The notes below the pieces were generated by a model. The model saw only the letters and a list, made by a program, of their open reading frames with translations, was not told the origin of the DNA and did not search any database. Below are positions 53,242 to 64,000 of a DNA stretch of 64,000 nt, one piece after another. This DNA is from Podarcis liolepis (Eukaryota). The position numbers and the translations under genes are program-made. The stretch is from NCBI GenBank assembly GCA_965112155.1, contig OZ218112.1, one strand, 5' to 3'. How positions within the stretch are numbered: the stretch's first letter is position 1; each line of letters begins with the position of its first letter.

Positions 53242-53781
53242 TGTGTAGACCAGGGGAAAAACAGATGAAAACAGGCAGGAAAGTGCTTGAAGAAGGGAAA
53301 CTTCAGTGACATTCTTGCTCTCCACTGCTCACTTAGAATCATACAATTATAGAGTTGAGACACCTAGTCTAACAAAATACAGCCTCGTTGGTAGATGGCT
53401 GGCTGTCCAGCTTCTCCTAAAACACCTCCACTGAAAAGCAGCCCACCACCTCCTGAAGCATCCTCTTCCACTGTCATACTACCTCTACAAACTTACTCCT
53501 ATTCTTTAGGGCTCCTCACAACAACTTGTTTATTCAGCATTCATCCTGATTTGCTTACACAAAGCTTATAGGGTGGTTAGACTATGGACACATCTGGAAC
53601 ATACACTTAAAGTATGTTAGAATAGGACTTTAAATGTACGGTCTGGATGTGGCTATAGTCCCATAAGTTTTGTGCAAACAAATTTAGTAGTATAGGGCTG
53701 TAGCATACTGCCTTATAGCTGCAGGTTTCAGGGCAGTTCACAACATAAAATCACAATATTATGAATGCTGAAAGTAGTAGT

Positions 53782-54031
53782 AGAAGAAGAAGAGTTTGGA
53801 TTTGATATCCCGCCTTTCACTCCCTTTAAGGAGTCTCAAAGCGGCTAACATTCTCCTTTCCCTTCCTCCCCCACAACAAACACTCTGTGGGGTGAGTGGG
53901 GCTGAGAGAGTTCAAAGAAGTGTGACTGGCCCAAGGTCACCCAGCAGCTGCATGTGGAGGAGCGGAGACGTGAACCCGGTTCCCCAGATTACGAGACTAC
54001 CGCTCTTAACCACTACACCACACTGGCTCTC
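53782..54031 (-). mobile_element. Full-length tRNA-derived CORE-type SINE (Squam3-like)
   Basis: Minus-strand head gagagccagtgtggtgtagtggttaagagc...gggttcacgtctcc (A/B boxes); gtgaccttgggccagtcac core; LINE-like tail ending in (TTC)n. Degraded relatives at ~4150-4230, ~21850-22208, ~39540-39660, ~63720-63790. Confidence 0.82.
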
Positions 54032-54055
54032 GTTGGTAGGAGTTGGAGTTGTTTA

Positions 54056-54058
<3 letters not shown>

Positions 54059-54114
<56 letters not shown>

Positions 54115-54115
54115 T
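54059..54115. repeat. (CT)n(GT)n compound microsatellite
   Basis: Direct reading. Confidence 0.97.
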
Positions 54116-55667
54116 AAGACCCTATTCACAGACACTATTACTAATATGCAAGGGGCAAAGCATGGATGTGCCTATTGACACAGCCACATCCCTACATCTC
54201 CACTACTGTTCCTGTAGCCACCCACTGCTATGTTGTGGGCTGAATGTCGTGCAAGAGAAACCCTGCTCTTTCTGAGCAAGCTAAAGATCCTAGAAGGTCA
54301 GTTTTGCATTGTGTAGGGAGTATACTCAAATAGAGCAGGCTTCCTGCTGCAGACATTCAGCCCCCAACATTGCAGGGGGTGCGGGAAACAGCAGTAACAG
54401 CAACAGGATGTTGGGCACATCCCCACCCTCTCCTTCAAATGAAGGTAATCCCATTTGAGAGTGGGGGAGAGCAAACAAATAGGGCATGCATGTGTTTCAA
54501 ATGCATTTCTTTACACTGGAACATTTGCCAAATACACTTAGAAACTGTGTTATGCATAAGGGAAGAAATAGTTTAGGAATTAAAACCATGTAAGCATGTG
54601 TTGCAAAAACAGATATGCTTTCCTTCCTATTGTTGAGTGCTGGCACTAACTCAATCTTGCCTCCTTGCAACGCTACTCTCTCTCACATCCCCACCCCCGA
54701 TTTCTATAATTCAGCTAGCATTGGCATCCCGGAGCTTCACTGCTGAAGGGGTTTTTGCTCACACATTATATAGCAACTGTTTATGTCTTAGAACAGAGCT
54801 ATTTATAGTAAAGCTGGATCGGGCAACTATTTCCAGAGAAACTGGTCATTATTAGCAGGGTGGGTTTTTTTTGTTTTTTTAACCCACAGACTTTGTTCTG
54901 CCTTGGGACCAACTGGAGGCAACTTGTGCACAAATATGACATGGTTCAGTTCACACACTGCTAAATCCTCCCCATGTACAGCAGTCCCCTGGCCACAACC
55001 ATATGGAGGTAGTAGTGCATGAGCAAATGGAGACCCACAACTTCCCAGAGGTGATGTGCATGAGAACAGGACACAAAGAAGTACCAAACCAAGTTTGAGG
55101 TGCTTTTACTGATGTACAAAGCCCTGTTCAGCTTGGGACCAGGATACCTAAAAGATCCTCTCACCCCTTTGCATGCATAACTGATTACTGAGCTCTGCAG
55201 GAGCAGGCCTCCTGCAATCAGCATCTCATCAGGTGGTCTGTTTCATGCACTGTAGATATTTGCCCTTTTGTGCAGTGGTACTTAACCTATGAAACTCTCT
55301 CCTGTTACTTATCAGACCAGTGCTGACTTTATTTGGGTTCTACTGAAGACTTCCCTTTATCAGAGAGCCTTTCATATGGGAACTTCAATTCAGTTTGCTT
55401 ATGTTTACTTAACACACAATCTATTATGTTTACTTAATAGATTGTGTTTATTGTTTATGGTTGTTGCTTTCTAATTGTTACAGTTGTCATATGTTAAATT
55501 ACATACCTGCTTTTATTGCTGATGGTTGGTTTTTTATTTTATTGTGAAACCGTTTTGAGTGGTTTTATGGGAAGTAACCCACACATGGGGGGAAATGGAT
55601 TAATTTATAAGTACACACTTCTACACATTCCGGCAAATCACTGCCAGGAATCTGCTTGGTCAAAGGA

Positions 55668-55836
55668 ACATAGTTCCTTGGGCCATCTAGCTCAGCAATG
55701 CATACACTGACTGACAACAGCCCTCAGGGGCTTCAGGCAGGGGTCAATCCCAGATGTACCTGGAGATGCCAAAAATTGAATATTGCACCTTTTGCATACA
55801 AAGCAGATGCTCTTTTGCTGAGCTACTGACCTTCCC
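55668..55836 (-). mobile_element. tRNA-Ala-like-headed SINE
   Basis: ccatctagctcagcaatgcatacactgactgac...cctggagatgcc...gctgagcta. Further copies at ~44290-44430 (+), ~58915-59030 (+), ~59235-59385 (-). Confidence 0.7.
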
Positions 55837-58262
55837 CTTGTTCATTCCTTCTTGTCAGCTCATTCTTTTCTTCATTTCCTCCATGCAGCTCTAACCATGG
55901 AATTACTCCACGTGGAAGATTTTAGCTAGAACTGCAGGCATGTGACACCTAAAAATGATCCACCCTATTTGTGGTCAGAGATGTTTGGAGGGACCATCTC
56001 ATCAAATGATTCTAGGGGCAGGAGAAATTATCCCCAAGGGGTTGGAGGCTTGACACTATCAGTAGCACAGCTTCCATCTCTCTCTCCGCCCCTCCCATCC
56101 CTTCCCTGCCTTAGTTCCTGCTTTGCTGCAGGTGCTGCAAAGGTCAAGATTAGCATCTGTGTTGGCAGCTTGGCCACCATTCTGCATCTTCCACAATTCC
56201 CCAGACTCAGATTTGTTCCAGGGCATAATGGAGGGGAAATGGCAGCTACCATACAAATGTATACATATATACACAAACACAGTGGGGGAACATCAGGATA
56301 GTGGACTTTTTTTTCTAGAGGGGTGGAGGAAAAATATTACTTTCACCAGAAAAAGTATCACCTGATAAACTTTTGCTCAGTTCTAATTCTAGAATGTACC
56401 ATGAGTTGTCATTAACAATGAAAACAGGAATTTTTAAACAGGTGTCTTGGACTATCTGACAATTGCCCTCAATCCAGACTACAGCCCTGAAACAAGGGAA
56501 TATCTGCATCATGATGCACCTCCAGAAATGAGATGGAATAGGAACAAAGAAGAAAGCTGCCTTATTACAGGTTGGAGTGTTTCTCCATCTTGTGCAAACT
56601 CATGCAGTCGGTGTCCAAGGTCTTAAGCAGATATCAGCTGGTACCTGACCATATCAGCTTGAGATTTTTTTTTAAAAAAAAGCATTCTCAAGAAAATTAG
56701 CCAGCATTTCTCCTAGTACACAGATCTTTGTAACAATTTTCCCTGATGTAATGTATCTGTAGATACTATATTAACCAATATATGTATATTATGCATACTT
56801 TACCCTGTTATTTGCTTTTTTTTTGCACAGAAAACTGGGCTGAGTAAAATTCAGAGAAGTGTGACATTTCAAAGGATAGCTGAGTTTTGGTTTGCTTTTC
56901 AGTAAGTGTGATTTAGCTCGATTTACCTATAGATACAAACTGAACTGAATTTCTTCTCCATCTGTGACACCCTCCCAATCAATGGCAACAGCCTTAGACC
57001 TTGGACACAGACTTTGACAAATCAGCATCAGACGTCCCTTGACTGTCTTAGTAAGCAGCCATTGGGGAACCTTCTTCTGTAGAGAACTGCAGATATGACA
57101 AAAGGATGCAAACTGCACAAAGATGAGTTGGAATGTCATAGAATGTATAAACTGCCATCCAGGAGTTATTTATTCTACAACCCTGCAATTATCTGGGAGG
57201 TCTACATAAACTGTTCCTTGCACCACCACCACCCCAGTACCTGCATTTGAAGATCTGAGGTACATGCAACTCTTATGAGCTTCCATAGAAAGGGGTGGGT
57301 CATTCTTTTGCTGCTGTTGCTTATTAAATTTATATCCCACCCTTTTCCCCAAAGGAGCCTAGGGTGGCAAACAACAAGCATAAATAAAATAAAAATAATT
57401 CCAGTATATATGCACACAGGGAAACATCTCAACGTGCTGAAAGAGGAAGGTTTTCAGTAGGTGCTGAGACGATACAAGAGATGATACCTGTCTAATATTC
57501 AAGGGGAGGGAATTCCAAGGAGTAGGTGTTAGTTGCTAATAACGGACAAGACATCTTGTCTGAAGAATGTTGATGATGCAGGCACAAAAACATGGGATAT
57601 CACTCAAAATGCCTTGTCATGTATTGTGAATATGATGTGAGTATTGAAGATGGGTTGGGTGCTTGCCCCATGATAAAAGGAGTATCAAGGGTGAGTGATT
57701 TGTGATTTTCCCAATCATATAGACTTCAAAATACACTAGTGAGCTGGGATGCCTGTGGGACATTGACACGAAAAACATACAAGGACAACTGTGGGACAGA
57801 TTTAAAATTATGCTACTGACTTCACATCTGACCCGAGTTCTCCAACTGTCAAAATGTATAAGTAGAACTGTGGAAAGCAAAGACATCACAAGGGCTGATT
57901 ACATTTAGCTGTACCATCTCCTGTGCTCAGATGCTATTTGTGTCAACACTCCAAAGTTAGTTAGTATGTTGAGTTTTCCCTTTCAATATTTTATTCATCA
58001 GTGTGTGAGTATGCGATTTCCATCTATCCCTCTATCTTAATGGGTAAGCTGAACAGATGCAAATGATATTATGCCAATAAAATCATATTAACTGACTACT
58101 TCAGAAACACGTTACAGTTATTTTCCCAAGATCAGTTCAAAGAAAATAAAACAATTCAATAAAAGTGCTTGATATTACAATGAAAGCCCTGAATAACTTA
58201 GGCCCAGGATATTTAGAAGATCATCAGTTGGATATATTATCATTATTTTTCAGCCTCTACAG

Positions 58263-58590
58263 CATGGGTAGGCAAACTAAGGCCTGGGGGGTGGGGGCAG
58301 ATCCAGCCCAATCGCCTTCTAAATCCGGCCCGCGGATGGTCCGGGAATCAGCGTGTTTTTACATGAGTAGAACATATCCTTTTATTTAAAATGCATCTCT
58401 GGATTATTTGTGGGGCCTTCCTGGTGTTTTTACATGAGTAGAATGTGTGCTTTTATTTAAAATGCATCTCTGGTTTATTTGTGGGGCATAGGAATTCGTT
58501 CATTATTATTTTTCAAAATATAGTCTGGCCCCCCACAAGGTCTGAGGAACAGTGGACCGGCCCCCTGCTGAAAAAGTTTGCTGATCCCTG
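58263..58590 (+). mobile_element. Non-autonomous hAT-like element family E copy 2, with an internal ~64-bp duplication
   Basis: Same termini as copy 1; 8-bp TSD ctctacag/ctttacag; the gtgtttttacatgagtagaa...tatttgtggggc block occurs twice. Confidence 0.88.
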
Positions 58591-59845
58591 CTTTACAGCC
58601 ACAGCAAGTGCTGCAACCTTCCAACTGTTTGACTGTACCCCCAAAGCCACACTCCTCCATTGTTTCCCAAGATGCACGGATGCCAACAACATTATTTGAT
58701 ATCTATCCCATCCTTCCTCCTGAATGAGCTCAGGATATCACAAGGATCTGTGTCAACCTGGGCACCTTCCTTCCAGTTGGTGATGCCCGTCTTCAAATAA
58801 AATAAATAATAAAACATAGCTGCTCCACCATCAGCCGATGATGGAAGTTTCCGCAAGCTTTTAGTCTGTTTGAATAAGTAGCGTCTGGGGGCAGGGGCAG
58901 GGATGAACCCCCGGCTTTGCACGCAGAAGGTCCCAGGTTCAGTCCCAGGCATCTCCAAATAATCAAAAGTAGCTTCCGATATGAAATACCTTTCTCAGTC
59001 TACAGTCCTGGAGAACCACTGCCAGGCAGTATATACATATATTGTTTGTTTATTAATACAAAATTTGTATACCATCCGAAGATCACAGGGCGGTTAACAA
59101 CATAAAACTACAAGATGAGAACATGAAATGCAAAATAATCAGAACAACAACAAACCAGTAACCCCCTTCCCACAAAGACTCTTTATTAAAATTATTATTC
59201 CTTTATTATTATAGGATGCTCATGTATAGCGAGTCAGATCATTGGTCTATTGAGCTCAGTATTGTCTACACTGATGGGAAGCAGCTCTCCAGGATTCCAG
59301 AAAGGAAATCTTTTCAAGTCCCTCCTGGAGAGTCTGTGGATTGAATCTTGGACCTTCTGTGTGCAAGGCAGATGCCCTAGCTTTTAGGTACTGAGTGAAG
59401 CAAGTAAAAGTCTGTCCTGGAATAAGGCACCTTTCTCCAATGTCTTTGTTTGAATTTGTTGTTATTGTTTTATATTTAACGCTGCTTTCCCCCTTTCAGT
59501 CTTTTTAAAACAAACATTGTTGATGCCTCTTACTATGTTGTTCCTCAGCCTGCCCTTTGGATTTCTTTTTAACGAGAGTAGAAATTATCTGATAAATAAT
59601 GAAGTAAATTTCCACAGTGTATGAAAATTAGATTATTATTATTTTTTACAAAACCACCATGGATGCTCACGAAAGCATACATACCCAAGTGTATACATTT
59701 TCTACATTTTGTTTACCCGACTGCTGCCTCATTGATAGTTCTGTTTAAGTACAAACTAGCATTGCTGAACCTCTTTCTCATACATGCACACCCACACCCA
59801 CATTGAAATAAATCTATGCCTGTTTTTAATGGCTTGCTTCATTAC

Positions 59846-60106
59846 CGTTCTCCCCATCAGACTTCCTTTCGTGGTCAGTATCAGTGAGGGATAGCGCTGA
59901 GTTTGCGCGGCTCGATAAACACGAACTGTGCTCCGATTTCATTCCGGACATCCACATCCTCAAGGCCTGATCTGGTGAGGCTCCTCCTTCTGTCTCGGTA
60001 TCGACATCAGAACCCATCTCTATCGGATAGCCACACTGGGAGACAGCATGCATGTCTGGCTGGTAGCCAGTGCACAAGATATGTGGAGTATCATGAAATT
60101 CCATCT
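59846..60106 (-). CDS. TENM1: Teneurin-1 coding exon (equivalent to human coding exon 2), intracellular domain, 261 nt, phase 1 to phase 1
   Basis: Translates (E)[86 protein letters not shown], matching recalled teneurin-1 ([52 protein letters not shown]). Acceptor gtttgtttttgcag|AG ATG; donor AAC G|gtaatg. Confidence 0.97.
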
Positions 60107-60162
60107 CTGCAAAAACAAACACACACCAAAGAAACAGATTTAATAATACATTTACAGACACA

Positions 60163-60165
<3 letters not shown>

Positions 60166-60200
<35 letters not shown>
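60166..60200. repeat. (GA)n microsatellite, forming a (CU)n tract upstream of the TENM1 acceptor
   Basis: Direct reading; about 60 nt upstream of the exon on the minus strand. Confidence 0.97.
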
Positions 60201-60202
<2 letters not shown>

Positions 60203-61920
60203 ATTCAGCCTTTGCCTATTTTCCAAAAGATTCACTCATCTTCCATGGCTCCAGCTTTTTTTCTTTTTTAAAGTGTTATGGCCTGCCATTCCCTTGTCCC
60301 TTCCATCTTCTAGCCCCAGAACTTCCTCCAGAGCTAATTGTGCATATTCTGCCAGCTGGGTCCAAGGAACAAGGGCTGCAGGCAGCTCACTCAAGCTCAC
60401 CCACTTCCAGGCATGTTCCTGTTGACAGCAGCCTGCTGGCAGGATCACATCTATTTGTTGTAGCAAGAGCTATAGGGTGACTTGAGCCCAGGAAGTCTGA
60501 TGAATGCTAATTTGACAACACATTTCAAAAATAGGCAGAATGTGGCCATCTATTGATATTTTAATTTTGCAGGTGGCATATGTGACACTGTAAATATATT
60601 TGGAGACGAGGCTTTTGCTGGCACAGAGCAAAACTGTTGTGGGTGAGCTGAAAAAAAAGGATACTTCCTTTCCCTTCAAACGCTTTGCATTGCCTTCACA
60701 GAGTATTTCCTTAAATATGCATGCTTTTGTAGTGCTCCAATTCCCACAGGATGTATTTTCTTTGAAGCTCTTATAGTGCCATAAATGGTGGTTTTTAGCT
60801 TTGCACATCTAACCTTGTTACCTACAATACTGCATATTCCCTGGAGGAGATAAAACTCAAAGTGGATTTATGATATTCTTAGGCTCTCTTCAAAACACAC
60901 ATAAAGCCAGCAGGTTGGGAACCATTTTCATGTGATGGAAAGCCACAGTGCAGATGCGTGCAGATGAACAGCATGGCTACATAAGCTGGGACATCTGAAC
61001 ATGCATTGCTAGGATAGGGAACCTCAGGCTCCAGGGATGAATGCAGCCTTACAGGCCTCTATATCTTTCTCCAGGCTCTCCCAAGTCTTTCGCCAGCCAC
61101 ACACCTCACCAGCTCTGCTCCACAATGTCTATGTCTGGCTGGAAAGAGTCTTTAAACTGTGACAATGCTCCTTTGTGGTCTGGGTGAAGGGGTATGTGCA
61201 TGCCTAAATATGCATGTGAGTACCCTCCAACATTCCTCAGATGAAAATAGGGACGTTCTATTCTACATCAGTGTGCACTCTACGCCCCTTATATATGCAC
61301 ACTGCCAATGGAATACCAGGCTGAGCAGCCCCGATGGCTGTTACCAAGAGCAGTATGTAACAATACCATACCAGCAAACATCTTGGTTATACGTGGGAGC
61401 CTTATCTGGTTAAAAATCCATCAGCCTGCCTTGGGCATCAGAGGAGCCACACGTGCTGAATGTTTACGGGGAACACTTCCATGCCAACAATGTAGTCTTT
61501 ATGGCCGGCGGTTATGACCACACAAGCGGGGGCCCCTTAGGCCACTCCTACCACCACCAGTACTGTAGTTGGGTGCATTAAAAGGTACTATCTGGCAGAG
61601 CTGAGGAGTGCAGCAGCAACAGATGGTGCACCACCTCTACCATGAGAGGTGGGGCCTCCTCCTTCCCTGTCTCCACCCTTTGCTGCTCCCTTTCCCCACT
61701 CACAGAATTTGGAACTCTGACACAATGAAAAGCCATGGCATCTTAAAGGTATTTATGATGCTCTTGGCATTTTGGGGGCAGTTGGAGACTATGCAAGTGT
61801 GAAGAAACACCTGGATTTTTTGTGGCTGTAATGTCTACTATACAATGGTAAGAGTTGCATCTATTGTGCCACCTATTATTATTTTTTTAATCTGGCCCTA
61901 CCTACAATTTAGGGTTGGTA

Positions 61921-62185
61921 AAGGTAAAGGTACTCCTGATCGTTAGGTCCATTTGTGGACAACTCTGGGGTTGAAACGCTCATCTCGTTTTACTGGCCGA
62001 GGGAGTTGGCGTTTGTCCGCAAACAGCTTCCGGGTCATGTGGCCAGAATGACTAAGCTGCTTCTGGCGAACCAGAGCAGCACACGGAAACACCGTTTACC
62101 TTCCCACCGGAGCGGTACCTATTTATCTACTTGCACTTGATGTGCTTTCAAACTGCTAGGTGGGCAGGAGCAGGGACCGAACAAC
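61921..62185 (-). mobile_element. 5'-truncated Sauria SINE
   Basis: Homologous to 45128-45390; 8-bp TSD GGTTGGTA (61913-61920, 62186-62193). Confidence 0.9.
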
Positions 62186-62276
62186 GGTTGGTAGCATATC
62201 TCAATTCCAGTCTTCTCAATTTCTCATTTTTCCTATTTTAAATTCAGTTCTCAATGTTTCCACATCAGCTTGAGAA

Positions 62277-62333
<57 letters not shown>

Positions 62334-62564
62334 TACAGTCGTAACTTGGTTCTCAAATTTAATCCGTTCCAGGAGTCGGACTCCCGAGATGGTTCAAAAA
62401 CCAAGGCACGGCTTCCAATTGGCTGCAGAAGCCACAGAAGCCGCGTCAGACGTTCAGCTTCCAAAAAAGTTTGCAAACCAGAACATGCACTTCTGGGTTT
62501 GCGACGTTCCAGGAACTGATTTGTTTGACAACTAAGGCATTCGACTACCAAGGTTCGACTGTAC

Positions 62565-62598
<34 letters not shown>
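62277..62598. repeat. (ATT)n microsatellite split by a MITE
   Basis: Arrays at 62277-62332 and 62565-62598. Confidence 0.95.
62336..62561 (+). mobile_element. Tc1/mariner-pogo MITE family C copy 2, inside an (ATT)n microsatellite
   Basis: TIR cagtcgtaacttgg / ccaaggttcgactg; TA TSD; (ATT)n on both sides. Confidence 0.85.
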
Positions 62599-62600
<2 letters not shown>

Positions 62601-63169
62601 TAAAAACTCATTAGCATTTTAATGCAAATTGCAATTTTGTTTCTTTCAACTTTGGTTACTATGAACATTATTGTAAAGCAAGTCCCCTGTATGAGCACCT
62701 TCCCCTAACATATGCATTTTTATTGATGATGATGATGATGATGATGATACTGCACCCATCTGACTCAGCTGCCCCAGCCACTATAGGCAGCTTCCGACAA
62801 AATATAAAAACACAATGAAATGTCAGACATTAAAAGCTGCCTTCAGATGTCTTTGGAAAGTCATATAGTTGTTTATCTCTTTGTTTACCTTCATAAACAT
62901 TCTTTTAATAGAGAATTGCATCACAAAATCTGGAGATGTGTGAATTTTGAAGGGTGACTGTGTATCGGTTCTCATACTGTTTCAGAAAGTGTGAGTTTCA
63001 TAGATTCAGCTTTAAATGCTAACTGAATTGAATCTTTTCCTCATCCCTATCTACTACTCACAGGTGGCCCCTGGAAGACTGCCCACAAGGGAATGTGGAG
63101 TTTAGATGGAAGGAAGTTCCCTACCCCCAGGGGAATGTAGTAACCAATTAAGTGTGTGTGTGTGATTCT

Positions 63170-63227
<58 letters not shown>
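63170..63227. repeat. (GA)n microsatellite
   Basis: Direct reading. Confidence 0.97.
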
Positions 63228-63230
<3 letters not shown>

Positions 63231-64000
63231 CCCTTGACAACAAAATGGTGCAATAACTACCCAATTCTAGCAATGGAGGCTGGTCCACCAGGGTGAAGCT
63301 CCCACCTGTCCACCTGCCTTACTTACAACCAGCCAACCTAGCAGGCCGAACTGCCTGTTATCTTCCTCGTCCTTCATCTTAGTGTTGCCTTAGCAGGGAG
63401 GAGGATGGGGACAAAGCTGGAATTATTTGGCTCTGCTTGCCATTGGCTCCGGCTCCACCTATGGCTGACGTCTCTGCCTTCAGCCCTACTAGTCTCAGTG
63501 AGCACCAGCTGCCACTGCTTCCTCATAGTAGTGCTCCTCTCCAAAGGTCCAGGTGCCCATCCTCGCCCTCTTCTAACAAACCATTCCACTCCCTGTCCCC
63601 AAGTTCTCAATCTTTTTTCTTTTCTTTTCCAACAGATGCTCAGCATTTCATATCCACTGAGCATGCCAACACCTCCTTTCTGATTTCTCAGTGGCCCTCA
63701 TGGGTTTTATTGCTATTTTTGTAGGGACTGGAACCCTGGTCTCCCAGTTCCTAGCCCAATGGTCTAACCACTACACCAGACTGGCTCCCAATCCGTGGCC
63801 CTGAAGGGAGAAAAAAAGCAGTAGTGCTCCTAGATTGTAGTAACTAGAGCGGTAGGATTTAAAAGCTCCCCCTTAATCAACAACTTTCCTGATTACTAAA
63901 TGAATAAATTTGGGGCTGAGTTGGATGAAATCCTCTAATATGAAGCAAAACTAACCAACGAAGACACACACACACACCCAGCCCCACAAAAAAGCACCAC

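Larger units (their letters stand above)
12964..59845 (-). other. TENM1: Large TENM1 intron (~46.9 kb, GT-AG); may contain unrecognised alternative exons
   Basis: Bounded on the minus strand by donor gtaatg (59845) and acceptor tttag (12964). No other teneurin-like peptide was recognised inside. Confidence 0.85.
61910..63048 (+). mobile_element. Old AT-rich interspersed element (taggg...catcccta termini, hAT-like) hosting several younger insertions
   Basis: Shares blocks (aattcagttctc, gagaa.tgcat..caaaat, gtgaattttgaagg, tgtttcagaaagt) with copies at ~1736-2206, ~32093-32250 and ~56690-56960. Confidence 0.6.

Noticed and set aside
57775-57846. Possible small minus-strand exon after a ttttgacag acceptor
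   Set aside because: The phase-1 frame hits TAA after about 12 codons, and there is no similarity to teneurin.

Overview
Eukaryotic (vertebrate) DNA, not prokaryotic. The repeat content (Sauria SINE, BovB tail, tRNA-headed SINEs, lizard-type MITEs) points to a squamate, probably a lacertid lizard. The whole window lies inside the teneurin-1 gene (TENM1) on the minus strand. Only two coding exons are present: 60106-59846 (261 nt) and 12963-12723 (241 nt). Both encode the N-terminal intracellular domain and are separated by about 46.9 kb of intron. The rest is intron packed with mobile elements: pogo/Tigger-like, hAT-like and Harbinger-like MITEs, several SINE families, CR1/L2/BovB/RTE-X-like LINE fragments, a solo LTR with a perfect 5-bp TSD, and a decayed Ngaro/DIRS-like element with an SGNH-hydrolase remnant. 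Microsatellites and a 148-N assembly gap are also present. Nearly all ORFs in the supplied track are spurious. I found no convincing new multi-gene system. The best leads are a CpG-retaining unique segment at about 51.85-52.5 kb (candidate internal promoter or alternative first exon, with a 97-aa sense ORF), the SGNH-bearing retroelement, the motif-rich solo LTR, SINEs with different tRNA heads on one CR1 tail, and deep TE nesting. Family names and orthologue comparisons come from recalled knowledge, not database searches.
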